From Raja brachyura (lineage: Eukaryota), in the NCBI GenBank assembly GCA_963514005.1, contig OY740789.1, positions 68,324,001-68,388,000 of the forward strand: 64,000 bases of DNA. Reading direction: 5' to 3'. A model generated the notes under the pieces. It did no database searches. It was not told where the DNA came from and worked only from the letters and a program-made list of their open reading frames with translations. Positions 25,501 through 40,500 of this stretch are shown one piece after another (position 1 is the first letter of the stretch; the number at the start of each line of letters is the position of its first letter). Made by a program: the position numbers and the translations under genes.

Positions 25501-28500
25501 TGTCCATAGAGAATAGTCTTGCCGGCAGCACACACGAGAATTAATTTAAAAAATCACTTACAGTTTCTAAACACAACATTCCCCCAACATATTGTTTCAA
25601 GTTTCCATCACCTGCGGATGGTGGCTCACAGGAGACTGATGCAATAAAAACAAACCTGCTTTAATTTCACATTAGAGTTGTTGAGTGGCCCTTCAGCCCA
25701 CATTCCCATGCTGACCCTCTAGCCCACCTCCACTAAACCCACTTGCCCGCATTAAGGCCATATTCCTCTGTGTCTGTTCAAATGACTTAAACAGCACTTG
25801 TATCTGATTCTACCACTTCTTGTGGCAGTCCTTGTCGTACATGACTGGTCACTGACCTACAATCAGAAAACTATCATTCTACCACTATCTTCTGCCTCAA
25901 GTCAGTTTTGGTCCAATTAGCCAGTTGACCTTGGATCCCATGAACCTTAACTTTCCGTCCAGCCTACCATGCAGGAGCTTGCCTTATTAAAGTTCATATA
26001 TGCCTTCATTAATCTGCATAGTTGCCTTCTCAAAAAACTCAATCGTCCGTGAAAAATTGCAACAATTAAACACAACACCCTCCTTTCAGTTCTGTCCTCG
26101 GTCACAAGGTGTTGCTCTTTTACAAATGTGCTGATTGCATCTTACACACAAAAAAACCAGGCACTCTTGCACAAAAGCCATTACTTCTGCGTTGTTTAAC
26201 TTTTCCCTTTGTAGTTTAAAGAACACACTAATCTATATCTCCAACATCAGATATATTTTTTGCAGTGTCTACTGCAGTATCTTTAAAGTGGATGTAAAAT
26301 GTGCACAATTTAAACAGATGCAAGGATCCCCCATGGGCATTTGGCCAAAGTTTATTTCACATCAATTGAAATAGATTACCTAGTTTGAAGTCTAGTCAGA
26401 AGAAGGGTTTCAACCCAAAACATCACCTATTCCTTTTCTCCAGAGATGCTGTCTAACCCGCTGAGTTAGGCTTTTTGTGTCTATCTTCGGTCTAAACCAG
26501 CATCTGCAGTTCCTTCCTACACATATCTAGTTTCTGATCTTGCCATGTGTCACCATGCTCTCTAAACAACCACAGTAATTACACCTCATCGGCTATGAAG
26601 TTCTGGTGTACACTGAGGTTGCTGTCTTCCTTTCAGCTGTTGTATCAATTACAGACTGTTCACTGAAGTGCTGGGGTTCTCAGATACAGAGGATGAACTA
26701 ATAATGGGCGTTTTATCCACAGCACCTACACAAGATTGAGAATGTTGAGTTCTTGTCACAGGGAGTGTGTTCTCACCTTGGTCTGGGGGTCTTGGTCAGG
26801 GGAAGCCGTGTTGCTGCTGCTGTAACCAGATGTGGGATTGGACGACAGGCTGAGATTTGAGCCGGTGCGCAAACTGCTTCTGTTGGCCAACTTCCTCATC
26901 CGCTCTTCCTCCTGAGAGAGCAGTTACAACAAACAAAACCCAATATCCAGAGCAACCAAATACTTGCAAAACACATGCCTTCTCCAAGCAAGCTGCAGAT
27001 TGTTTAAAAAACACTCTCTCAAGTATTGCCCACGTAGGTGTCCCCACACCCTGTCTTTACCCTAGTGATTAGGAACGCAAGTGTGATGGTGCAAGGCTCC
27101 CATGTCACTTTCAGACAAGGCTGAAATTACATTCCATTCTAAATTTGATTTTTGATTTTCTACATCAAATAATTAACAATGTTACAAATTCATTTCCTCT
27201 AATTGAATATTTTAAACCACATAATTTGCTTACATCATGTGATAGGAGCAGAATTAGGCCACTCGGCCCATCTTGTTTACTCCACCATTCAATCATGGCT
27301 GATCTACCTTTCCCTCCTAACCCATTCTCCGTCCTTCTCCCCATAACCCCTGACATCCTGGCACTGTCTTGCTTGAATATTTTCATTAATGGTACTAATT
27401 TAACAATATTTCCAAGATTAAACTAAACCCTTTTTTTCAAACACCTAAAGTTCAAATTTTCAAACTATAAAAATGCCTAATAACACACTATTTTGCATTA
27501 TTCCCTCATTATAATGCTGACTAATGTTTCATATTTCTGAAAGTTACCTTCAACAATTGTAGGATCATTTCCTGCTGTAAACGGCATTTCTCCATCTCGG
27601 CCCTCACGCGTAATTTGTCTCTTGCCTTTGCTATTTCTGCTTTTGTTTCCTCACGCGCCTTCTGATAATCTCTAAGCAGAGACTCTATGTCAGAAGGAGT
27701 TTCCAGCGGGGCCTTCGCGACTGCACGGGTCCTGCAGGATTCAACAAATCATTAACCCCTCTCTTTAGGTTTAACTAATGTAGGTAAAGCATTGTGAAGG
27801 CTGCTGGGACAAATTTGTGAAGAGTAGACAATCTCCAATTTCCACCAATTAACCCAGAGCTTCAGGAACAGTTCAACTCACTAAAAACTAACATATGTTT
27901 TACTGTCTAATGGTGCAAAGAAAAGGCTACAGAGATGAATCAGAAAATAAGTCACTGATTGCTGGAAATCAATCTAGGAATGGGTCTACTGTTTGTGGTA
28001 TATATAAATGACCTGGACGTAAATGTAGACAAAAGTGCTAGAGAAACTCAGTGGGTGAGGCAGCATCTATGGATCAAAGGAAATAGGCAACGTTTCGGGC
28101 AACGTAAATGTAGATGGGTTGGTGAGTAAATATACTGATGATACCAACATTGGAGGAGTTGCAGACAGTGAGGAAGACGTCATTAGATACAGCAGGCTGT
28201 ACATCAGCTGCAGGAATGGATGGAGAGATGGCAGATGGAGTTTAGCCTGAGCAAGTGTGAGATGTCGCACTTTGGGAGGTTGAATGTAAGGACAGAGAAT
28301 ACAGTAATGACAAGACCCTTAACATCATTGATGTGCACGGGGATCTTCGAGACCAAGTTCACAGCTCACTAAAGGTGGCAGTACAAGTTGATAGGGTGGG
28401 AAAGAGGCATAGGGTATTGTTGGAGGCATTGAATAAAAGTCAGGAAATTGTGATCCAGCTCTGTAGGATTTTGGAGCACTGCGTGCAGTTCTAGTTGTCC

Positions 28501-31500
28501 CATTAGAGGAAAGATGTGGAAGCTTTGGACAGGGTGCCAAGGAGGTTTACCAGATGCTGCCTGGATTAGAGGGTTTCAGATACACAGAGAGGTTGGATAG
28601 ACTTGGATTTTTACTCTGGAACGTTGGGGTTTGAGGGGTGACGTGATAGAATTATATACAATTCTAAAAGACAAAGATAGAGTAGATGGTCAGAACCTTT
28701 TTCCCCAGGGTGGAAATGTCCAACATTAGAGGACATAGCTATAAGGTGAGAGGGGGAAAGTTGAATGGAGGCGTGGGGGGCAAGTTTTATTTTTACACTG
28801 AGGGTGGTGGGGGCCTGTAACAAATTGCGAGGGATGGTGAGGGGCAGATACTACAATGGTAATTAAGAGGCTTTTAAATTTGCTCATGGATATGCAGGTG
28901 AGCAGAGGAATATGGATCATGTGCAGGCCAATCAGATCAGTTCAGCCAGGCATCATATTCAGCGCAAACATTGTGGGCAGAAGGGCCCATTCCCATGCTG
29001 CACTGTTTTATGAACAGTTGCCTCATCATCTTTGCCACTGCCCCATGACATGAAGTGCGATGATGGTCCCAGCGAGTATTTAACTGTTGGATATTTACTT
29101 GGCACTTTGACATGCTGTAATATTAGGAAGCACAGGCAGGGAGATGAATATGCAGCAGCTTTTATAGAAAGCCAAGTTGAGAGGCTTAGAGGAAGCCCCA
29201 CCACCAGGACAGTCACCGAGAACGGGTAGGTGCAGGCAGGCTGAAACCGGGGGTGAGCAGAATTGATGCACAAAAATGCGGTGTTGCAAAGACTCCCCTG
29301 AACAGGCAGCGTGAGAGAAACAGAGCCAAAGCGCAAGGTCAAGTTAAAACATTAGCCGCCCCTCTCTCCACCAATGCTGCCTGACCTGCTGAGTATCAGT
29401 TCACCATCAACCTCCACCCCTCCAGGCAGCAACTTCTTCACCCTCTTCAAAGCCTCCACATACTTTCTGGAATTCAGCGACCAAAATTCCACACAATACT
29501 CCAAATGTGACCTAAGCAAAGTAGTCTGCAGCTGGAACATGGTTTCTGTGTTCCTTGTACTCTGTGCCCTAACTGATGAAGGAAAGTGTTGTCCGGGAGC
29601 AGTGGACGTGCACCCCACGATCCTTCTGTGTATCAATACTCCCAAGGCTTTTGCCACTCACTGTATGCTTTCCTCTTGTATTTTTCCCCCAAAATGCACC
29701 ACCTCACACTTGTCCAGATTAAACACCATCTGCCATTTCTCCACCCAAATTTTCAACGGATCTATATCCTGCTGTATCTTTTGACAACCCTCCTCTCTCC
29801 AATTTGTGTGTTATTCACAAACTTGCTCATCAGTGTATTTACTTAGTTCTGAGGTTTCCAAAGCTGGCGATTGGTTGAAAGGAAGAAAATTGATTGCTGG
29901 AAATACCAATGGGTTGTGTGTATATCAACCCGGAGAAAGCAGAGGTGAATCCTGAGATTACCTGTGAATCTCAAGGTGATTCGCAGGCAAACAGGATTCT
30001 GCAAGCTGGATGCAGAGGAATTTAACATGGAATGGAGAAATCACATTATGAGCAGAGTCTAAATAGGTCGCGTAGTCCGTATTCTTAATTCCATTTGTTT
30101 GTGAATCTATCTAAATGCCTCTGAAATGTATACTTTCCCAACCTCATGGCAACATGTTCCCAGAACTTACCACTCTGTGTAATAAGTTTTCCCAGTCAAT
30201 TTCCTTTCAAACCTCCCTCCTTCACCTAAACCTATTCTTTGACATTCCCATCCTATCTTCATCCCTCATCATTGTACATAGTTTTGCCAAGTCGCCCTCA
30301 GCCTCCAACACGCCTAAGAAAACAATCGAATGTTGTCCAACCTCTCCTCATAGCTAATAACCTCTAATCTAAGCAGCATCCTGGTTAATCTTCTCTGCCC
30401 CGTCTCGAAAGCCACTGTGATAGACTGACCACAATTGCACAGGACACTCCAAATGTAGCCTTATAAATCTTTATAAAACTGCAAGATGCCTTCCCGACTT
30501 TTATACTTAATACCCTGACCTTATGCAACAGTTTGGCATAAAATCCTGGATTTCATACCTTTTGCAACCTTATAAAGTCTACTTTCCATTTTACTTTAAT
30601 CATCCTCTTATGTGCTCCAAACATTTAGCAATCGACTCTATTACACGCAAGCAGAAGTGACAGATTGAATGGAAGTTCTGGGTATAGTCAATGTAAGACA
30701 CTTTACCCCAGAGGTGCTGAACGGTACATGCAGAACAATTCCATGATGTAACCCACTTACCGCGTGTTCTCCACCATGTCCTGACGTAACCGCTGGAGAT
30801 ACGTCCGGCGTTTGCTCGGCAGATCTTGTTCATGATTCAATGCGGCTGGATGTTTGTGGTGATGCAAGGCCAAGTGTTTCTGTGGACTCAGGCTACGGGT
30901 CCTCCTGAACTTCTGCATCTTCACATCTCTCTCTTGCCTCAGGAGTTCTATGGTTTTCATGTGTCTTTTACAATGTTCATGAAAATAATTAATATAGATC
31001 AGTTTCCAGCTTTTTAATGGATCAGAATAAACATTAATGCACGTGAAGGGAATAATAGTTGTTGCTTCAGCAGAGTTAACGAGCGCCTAATTATTAGCTA
31101 GCCCAACATTTACTTAGATCGATGCCTTTGGTCATGAACAAAACCTCTCTGGCCTCAGGCATTTAAACAGGAGTCTCCGTGGTGACAGCCATTCTCTGTC
31201 ACTGCAGCAACATGGAGTTTAGCATGATAACAAAACAAATACCTTTGTTTTAGTGCCTATTTGGAGATTGAGAAGCAACATCCACAAACAGAGCCATCAG
31301 AAAAATAAATGGACCAAGGTCCGTGGGAGAAAATGAGATAAGCAGGAGAAAGGATTAACAGGTCTTAACAGATATCATTGTGCTGTTTACAGTGATCGAA
31401 GTTCATAGTACAGCAAACGAGAATCTGTACTCTCTGGTCACCTAGGGGTACAGGGGGTACGGTTCCCTGATAGTGGACGCACCGGTCAGACAGGGTGCAG

Positions 31501-34500
31501 AAGGCAGCGTTTGGCATGCGTGCCTTCATCGGTCAAAGTACTGAATACAGCATTCTGGCTACACATTTTTAGGAAGGATGTCATTAAACTGGACGGAGCA
31601 GAAAAGATTCACAAAGACATTACCAGGATTGGAGGGCTTTTGTTATAAAGAGGGAAGGCAGAAGGGAATAAAAAGAGTTTGCTGCTGTCTGTTGCTGTGA
31701 TGTTTGGACCACGTACTCTTCTGCCTCAAATAGATCCACAGACTACACAAGAGTGAGGCCAAACAGGAATGCATGGAATGGTCGTCCAGATGCAATAAAG
31801 GTTTCAGTGGCACAAAAAATTAAACAAGATCAAGGTAATGTTACAGAAGCAGGAACATATAGTTTTAATAATGGTGTGGATATCCAAAACCTATCTGGGA
31901 GCCAATTATGAAACCAAGCTGGCCAGCAGGTGGTCTCTGATTAATTGGCTCTGGGTGACACTCGACTCGATTTCTAATCACACCCCAGATTCTTCAGCTG
32001 TTAAATGACTTCCTTCGCTCACCTGTCATAAAGTTGCTGCCTGATGCAAACGTTCTGGTCCTCTGCTGTTCCACTCTGGAGTATCCTTAACAAAGCATCT
32101 GTTTCCCCCAGGCCGTAGTTCAGCTTTGCTTCGGCAAGCTCTACCGTCAACTGGTGCTGGTTTAATTCCAGGTTTAATCCCGACAGGATCTGAGCACGTT
32201 CTTGGCGCAAACTTTCAATTTCCTTCCGCCTTCCCTCGCAATCTTCTGGCTTGAGGCCCGTTGTTTCTGTCATGTCACTGCCGCCTTGCTTTTGCTCTTG
32301 CTCAGTCTGCCGGTGTGAACAGGTGACTGTGCTCATCAGACTTGCCACTGATGTAGGGTCATAGTGAACTCCTGACCAGTTTTGGAACTTGTTGTGCCAA
32401 GGTAGGTCCTCTGGACCTCTACAGTTCACTGCCTGGATTCTAGAATTGGATGCTTGTGAACTGTTACAACTAGTTATGGAAGGAAACTCATTCAGCAGCA
32501 AATCTGTATTGCATTCACTTGAAATAATGGATTGGGCATCTTCAGTGGTAAATTCATTTGTTACTTTACTCATTATCGAGGTCCCACTCTCAGAAATATC
32601 ATGATTCATGGAGTCACACCTCTTTCTAATTTGGCTGTATAACTTGCTGGCCTTTTTTTCCTTAAAGTCTACTCCATCTTTGGACAAAGGATCCTGTTGA
32701 CTGGAAGGCGCACTGGAAGATCGGTGAAATATTCTTCTAGATGGCCACACGGTTTTATCATTGATTTGAGCAGGAGGAAGGGAAACCAACGGACTACTCT
32801 GGCAAGATGGCTGAGAAGTGAAAGCATTCATCTGCCTTCTTCCTCCTGGGTTTGAAGTACAGAGTGCCTGAACCTTTTGAAATGCCAAGTGTGGTCCAAT
32901 TCCCTCTTTACAAGTTGGTGACTCTTTAAAAACGTGCCCTGTCGATTCCTTTGCACACTGCCAATTGTAGTTGCCCGCATCGCTGGAAATGTTCACACAA
33001 TGACCTTTGGAGGATTCTGCTGCTCCAGAGCTCACAGAGTGAAGATCTTCAGCGTGAAGATCCCTCTGGAGATCCACTTTATTTTCTAGTTTAAATGACT
33101 TTTTCAAACTCTGTGTTGTAAATTTACCCCACTCATTTGAATGAACCTTGGGACCTTTGTTATTTATTTCCAATATTTGTTCAGCTATAGGTTTGATTTC
33201 CGGGAAGCAAATTTTGCTTTGCTGTTTCTCGTTAAAGCCAAACCAAGATGCTGGTCTTGGCTTTTTACGCCCATAGCCAATGCATTGTACGGCAAAAGCC
33301 CCTTCCCCTTGAGGGCAGAGAATGGACTTGCTGCGGGATCGGTGGTTACCCAGCCCGGCTTCCACTGTTTTAATAGGAGATGACGCTCGGTCCACTAGGA
33401 CAGCTGGAGTTACATTAGTAAACACTTCAGCTTCAAGATCTTGAGCAAACTGTTTCACGTCTCTGACCTCAGAGTGTATGGGGTCAAATGTTTCCACCTT
33501 TGAATGCTCTGATGTGCTTCCCAAAGTGGCGATGCTTGTGCCCTGTGCTTGGTCACTGTGTGTTGATATCTGTGAAGATGCTGTAATTGGTGACAAACCT
33601 GGGCTGGACAAAACAGTATGTGAAGAGCCTGCTATTAATTTCTGAGAAGGTAGCAAGGCAGGACTTGAAGTCCTAAAGGATGGATTGTCATTTTCTGAGG
33701 GAGAAGAACAACAAACTGATTGGCTGAGAGCCTTGTGATGGGCATGGATGTCTGGCACACTACCATTCTGCTTTTGTTCCTGTAATATTAATGTCAGATT
33801 GGTGCCTTCATGACTTACATTGACATCTGAACCAATGACTTTTACAATGACATTCACTTCTGGAGGCCTCTGCACTTCTTGGCTTTGAATTTCATGGCTG
33901 TATTTCTCTATAATTTCTGTCTGAGTGGCTACATCAATTGCTGTCTGGGTAAATCCATCCACCATTCTGACCACTCCCAATTTACTGGAGTTTTGGTTGG
34001 TGGGTAATGCCGCATCTGTATGGTCCTTGTTTGTGTGGCTATTTCCCAATTGCTCTGCAGTGTTGTGACAAAACTTTGAACGATGGACAGAAAGTTTCTC
34101 CATCCTTGGCTGAAATCGTTGAGCTATATCTGACTGTGTTGGAGTTTGGATGTGGTCCCTCTGAAGTCTCGACAGCTTCTGGTGTCTCATTTCATCTGAT
34201 GTTTGTGTTTCTTTGTTGTGGGTGAGTTGTGCAGGCTTATTAGAGAACGACTTTGCACACGATTCCACGTCTCTTGTGTGCCGGAACGAAGTTTCATCAC
34301 CTTGCAATCTTATGTTTCCCACTTCAGAATCAGAACTTGGAAACTGTGACACCTGGCTGAATGGAGGTGCCATTGGTGGGCTACATGAAGTTGCACAGCT
34401 ATCTCCATCAAGGTCTTCACTCTCAGGGTACATAGTTGCCAAACCCCCCTCTCGGGACTCATCCATGTTGCTTAATGTACTGCACATTGTTCTTACATTG

Positions 34501-37500
34501 GCACAGTAATGTGAATTACAGTGACAACTTTCAACATTCAATTCATTGTTGTCACTGGGACATCTCACATTATTCAGACCACTTACTGCCGGCTGCACCC
34601 AATGCACACTGCATGCATTTCCCAACGTACACTGCATCCAACAGGCTCCGTCTGACCTGTTGCATTGTTGATAGCTGTTAGTAAAGTGCATTGGATGGTT
34701 TTCTTCACTGAATTTCAGCTCCAACTCTGATAATTCCTGGGCTTTGAGTTTTCCTTCAGGAACATTGTATACACCATTATCAATAGTTAGTGAGGTGCAG
34801 TCATCATTTAGCTGGTTGTCATTTAGACTGAATTTAGACTGAATTATTTGGCCTTGATTACAAAGTAAAGTGACTGGGGAATGAAATGTTTCAGTGCACG
34901 CAGCCCCATGTGAATCTGCACCCTTTGAAACACTCTCGCCAACAATCCCATGCCAACGTCTCTGCTTGGATTCATCATGTTTTATGTCCACATCCTTCGC
35001 TTGATATATAGTTTCACACGAAGCAGCTCTTGGAGTTAATCCATCTGAAGGTTTAGCAATTAATACTGGATTAAGACAGTGTTCACTAGAATCTTCCATT
35101 ACAAGATTAACACTGGATGAAGACAATTGGAGAACTGGTGCCGTGAATTTCTGCCTCAATAGTGATGCCCTGGTCTCTGTTTTAAAGTTTAATAGACAGT
35201 TTCCAACATTAACATGATCGATATTCATTGAATCTTTGCATTTGCAGACATTCAAGAGTGATTTATTGATGCCTCTCCTGCAGTGTCTGTTCCTGAGCTT
35301 GTTAAGTGAAAGGAATTCAATGTCAATTTCTTCACCTGAACTTGATGAATCCTTAGTTTCAGCTACATTTGGCTTTGGTTTTACTCTTTTAAGCTTATGA
35401 GATTTCTTCTTTGACCCACCCATCATTTGTGTGGCACACCTCGTGTCTGAACCATCGAACAACTCTGATGAACCAGAAGACCCAGCTCCTTCAGGATCAA
35501 GCTCATTGACTTGAGTTACTGAAGACCACCCAGAACAAGCACTGTGACAAGAATCTGAAATCACTGAGGAATCCGCAGAATGACAAGTTCCATCCGTTAC
35601 TCTACATCTATTGCTTTCATGAGACTGTGAACCCAACCCTGCAATCTGTTTGCACTCGACGAATGAATCCGCATCACGTTCACATACATCAGCACTCAAT
35701 TTACTGCAATCTGCCTGGGTGACCAGCGGATCATCAAGTTGAGAACACATTTTGTTGTCTGTTTTAGTGACTTCAAGGGTAACAAAGGCATTGTTCAGAT
35801 CCTTTCTTTGCAATATAGGTTCATTTCTAAGTTCAGGTTCCGGGGTTATATGATTCTGAGTATGTTGTAACAGTACCGGCTTTTCTTCTTCGAGGTTTTC
35901 ATGGACACAGGGAGTCAACATTATACATCTGTCCTTGTATGTCTCGGTGCCAAAATATGACTTGCTTTCCTCATTTACATCAGTTAAGTGTCCTTGATCT
36001 TTATCATGGGAATCTGCAGCAGAAGACACCTCCTTAAAATTCGATCGTTCTTTCTTCATCATTGCATGTACTTCTTCACAATCTTCAAAGGCACTTCCTA
36101 CCTTCCTAATTAAATCTTCATTTCTTGAGTCAAATATACCTCGATCATTGTAGTTTGTATTGCAGCTGATGGTTTGAGATAGGGCCATAAATTCAGGCAC
36201 CATAGATTTTTCTCCACATTTAACTGAATGAATGGCCAATGGACCTTCCAACATGGCACACAAGTTTGGACAATACTCAGTCAGTTCTGACCCAACAGGG
36301 TCTCTCTCAGTCAAACACACTGAGTTATCCTCTTCCCTTCTGCAATGCAACTCTGCCTGTTTTTGGCGACCATATGATCTCATGGAAGTTTGCAGAATGG
36401 ATGTATTTATCGAGTCACCGTCAGAGAACTGGACATCAAGGCATTTTATTTCTGCCTTTCGTGGATTAGATGCTGGGAGACCAGCAGTGCTTGCAGGTTG
36501 GTGTTGGACAAACGGCTGATGCCCTTGCTGATCGAGCACCTGGTTCTTTGTCACAGGGAGGGTATTTAGCAGCTCAGCATCCATCCTACTTTCTAAGGAG
36601 CTTAATCTAGCCAAGCGAGGCACAATGGCAGCTTTACCGTCACCTTGTATCGAGGAAGATTCACTTGTTGCTTTGTGGACATGAAAGCTATGTTTATGTG
36701 GGCTCTGCTTGTCTTCATCTTTCAATGACACTGCTCTGGATGATGAATACCTGCTCACATCCAACTCTTCATGCTGATGGGTACATGAACCTGGAGCTGC
36801 TTGCGATTTCTCAGCAACTAAATTTCCACCCCAACCTTGCAAAGAACCTTTATGAAATTCAGTTTGATTTTGCAACACTTGACTCCATGGTAGTAAGTTG
36901 CCCGTGGTCAGTGTGTTTTGTTTGACAGCGGTGTTATCAGTTTCCAAGGCACCTTTGAAAATCTGTGTGAGTGGATCAATATTAAAGCCAGCTGCTAAAT
37001 TACCTGCGTTCCGATCGTGTAAAATTATGGGTTCTTTGCAAATATTGAGAAATGTCATGGTATCTACAGTATCTGAATTTGTAATATTTTCACTTATACA
37101 AGTTGTGTTTTTAGCAGGAGGCTTCTGCTTTGCATGTACAAGCTTCTCAGTTCCAGTCTGCCTCAACGGTTGTGGACTAAACATGGCCTGATTCGAGTTA
37201 GCAAACCATTTTGTTGTCTGTTGCTGAGCCTGAAAATCAGTCGCATCAGAAGCATGCATTCCATCGGGGTGGCACCACATCACACATTTACCTATCACCT
37301 CTTTTAACACTATCCCCTGATTTGGCTGCGCATCATCCGGGCCGGCAGGTGTTGAACACTCTTCTGTGCTGCTGGTGGGTTGGTAAACATGGCAATTTCC
37401 TCCAGTCACCTCTAGACCAGCTCTTGGGCCAAGACAAGACTGCGGCGCCTCCACACTACTATTTGTACCCTCCCTTTCAACTGCATGCTTGCTTGGCTGG

Positions 37501-40500
37501 TAGGCAGCTTTGTTGTGGGTTTTTCCAGTTGGCTGTGATGAACTCTGTTCACTGTGCTGCAGTAAAACATTGCCCTTGGAACACACGCAACCATCAGTTA
37601 TTGCTCTGCTGTCAGCCAGTTCTGGCTGAAGAATGGTTTTTGTAGACAATCCATGGTTCTTCAAAGGAAATTGTTCACTGTGCTGACTGCAGGTCACATT
37701 GTTTACATTGCAATCAGTACCAGCACCGCCTGGTGTGCCATTACCCGGGGAAGCTCCTGAATCCATGGTTCCAAACTTCTCTATTCCTGCCACTTGTAAA
37801 TGCTCCTGACCTCCTAATGAATGATCAGCCTTATCCCACAGTGCAGCCGCTAAACTGGCTTCACACTTATCAGTAATCTCTTGACACAGAATCGAGTCAA
37901 ACATTTCCACCTTTTGAAATGTCTCAGATCTTTTTATCACCAGTAATTCCTCTGAGGTTAAATTGTGTTCTTTGTCATTAAAATTCATTGATTTAACAGA
38001 TTTGTGAATCTTTGAAGAGGATTGCTCCTCTTTTTCATGTTCAAATTCATCTCCTGCGCCTCTGGCACCTTTCTGTTGCAGATGCTGGGCCTGCGTTTGC
38101 ACATCTATATGTTTCAATTCACTTCTCTGTGCCGTGCCTTGAGAAACCTGGCAGTTCAGTATTTCCTGATTGACGAGATTGCAGGTTCCACTAAATTTGC
38201 CTGGATTTCTGGAATGTCCAGTTTCAGTCCTGCTGAAACGTTGCATTTTTTCTTCACACGGAATGTCCTTGTTTAATTGAGGTTTGACCACATGTATGTC
38301 CATTATTTTATCAGTAATTTTAGTATCATCACCAGACCTCAGGGGTGGCATTGGGTGAGAATGATTTGGCTTGCATTTGTTGTCAGTCCTCTCACGTGTT
38401 ATTGATCTTTCCACTGCCTGAGATATCACCACTTTGGTTCTTCCATCATTGTGAATTAGGGTAAGACTTCCACTTTGCTCAGCTCCACCTCTGGTGTCCT
38501 GTACGTTTTTACTTTTAGCTGAGTCTTTGATGTCATCATAGTTTTCATTCATTGCCTCCACAAATTCGGTGATATTAGTGACAACTTCTCTCGGAGAAGC
38601 ACTTACAGTTTCTGTGGTCTCTCGCCCATCTGCGATACAGTCATCCACCTTGAACAGCAAATGATTAAGATCTAGAGTTTCAATTCTGTGGTGTATTGAA
38701 GTATTGTTCATTTTGCCTTCAATTTCACTATCTGGATTACTCTTCTGAATCAATTCTCTTTTCTGGTGAGATTCATATCCACTCTTTGATTGGGTCTGAT
38801 GTGAGTCTGTCTGTATGCTTTGCACCATCTCTAGGTGAAGAGTTTGATAGTCCCTGTTTTCCATTAAACATTTCTGAGCTTCTCTGGAGTTCTCTTGCTT
38901 GGCCTGTTCGGCTTCACCCCCTGTATCATTGGTCTCACTCTGAAACAGGACCCTGGATGCATCTGCTATGCTGCTAGACTCAGTACCAACACAATCAGCC
39001 ACTCGAGATCGCTCTGCAGCTGTTCTACCAACTGTATAATCATTTTCTTTAGTAATATTTTTGATGCAAGATTGTTTGGCACAATACTGGGGAGCACTGA
39101 AGTCCTCAGGTATCTGTTGACCTTCCGCTTCTGTGTATTTTTGAACTGCTCTCACATCGTCAGCAGGACCATTGCCCAATTTCTCACTCTGCGCACAATG
39201 AGGGACTATCATTTCATTTTGTTCATTTCCAATACCAGCTCTGCATGTGCTTCTGATGTCCTGTAGACCAGAAAGGGCGCAAATATCTGCTGAATCAACA
39301 TTAGTAGTTCCAGTATATGCATCCATTTCTGCCACATTGAATCTTCTGATCTGCACAAATGTACTCTGAACATCCGTTGCCCCAGAGTTGTTGGGAACCT
39401 GCACTGCTCCACCATTCACAACACTGTTCTCGTTTGATTTGTTCTGCTCTGGACAATCATATGCAACGTTATCCCTTTCCATTAATTCTGCGCAAGAGGT
39501 TTCCTTCTGATCACATTCTACATCTCCATCAAGCATCTCTCCTCTTCCACCACTGATTCTCTGAGCAGCATTTTTGGAAGGCCCATCCCAACCAGTGTGC
39601 TCTTCAATGGCGACCTCACATTTTTCCGACTCCTTATAAAACCCAATGTTTCTCACAGTTACTGAACTTCCCATGAATTCTTCAGAAAGACTAGTAGCAA
39701 TTTTAGATGCACTTTCAGCACTCTCCACAGTTAATGATTTTTCTATCAAGCCTAGCGGCAGACCGGGATCAATTTGCGATATGCCTCCTGGAGGTGCATT
39801 ATTTTTTACCTTGATACTTTTTGCTGGACTAGCATTATCCTTGCCAACACAAATTGTGCCAGAGTCTTCAAACCCACATGGGAAAGACGCAGGACAAGAG
39901 GCATTATCATCTATGAACCTTTCTGCACTTCTGTTTGTTTCTTGTAATCTTAACTCAGTAGCAATATTATTTTGGTCAATACCTCGTTCCTTATTAGGAG
40001 TAGATCTGTCAATTTCAGTTTGGAATCCAAGTCTGGTTATGTGTGGATTGACTAATTCCAGCCGGTGCACTATGTTCTTTGTCACTGGACTTCTTTGTGT
40101 GTTGGAGCACAATAATATTTCAAACCCACTCTCACCTTGCTTCTTAATCTGTTCAGTCTTTTTGATAAAGGTCTGTAGGAGGTGACCACTTGAAATAGAT
40201 GCATCAGAAAAGTTGAGTTTGTTTGTATGTTTGTTTGAGTTTGCCACCATATTAGAATCCTGAGGAAATCTATTCCAAATCCCACTTTCAACAGCACCTT
40301 CTGCAGGCTGCTTACTAACAGCACTTTGTCCAGAAACGGGCAAATTTAAAAGATTGCCTTTTTCTCTGGATAAGATGCCTTTCTGCTCCTGTGAACCACC
40401 AAACAATGGTGTGCTTTCATTGTTCAAACAGTCTTCAATGTCAAGATTGTTTAAAATAGCATTCAGTGCATTCTCAGTAGTTTGGTCTTTCAATACAAAG

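Noticed and set aside
25426-25517. Possible extra STARD9 exon (open frame ending AG|gtaac)
   Set aside because: It ends in phase 2, which leads into stops in the next exon; weak acceptor.
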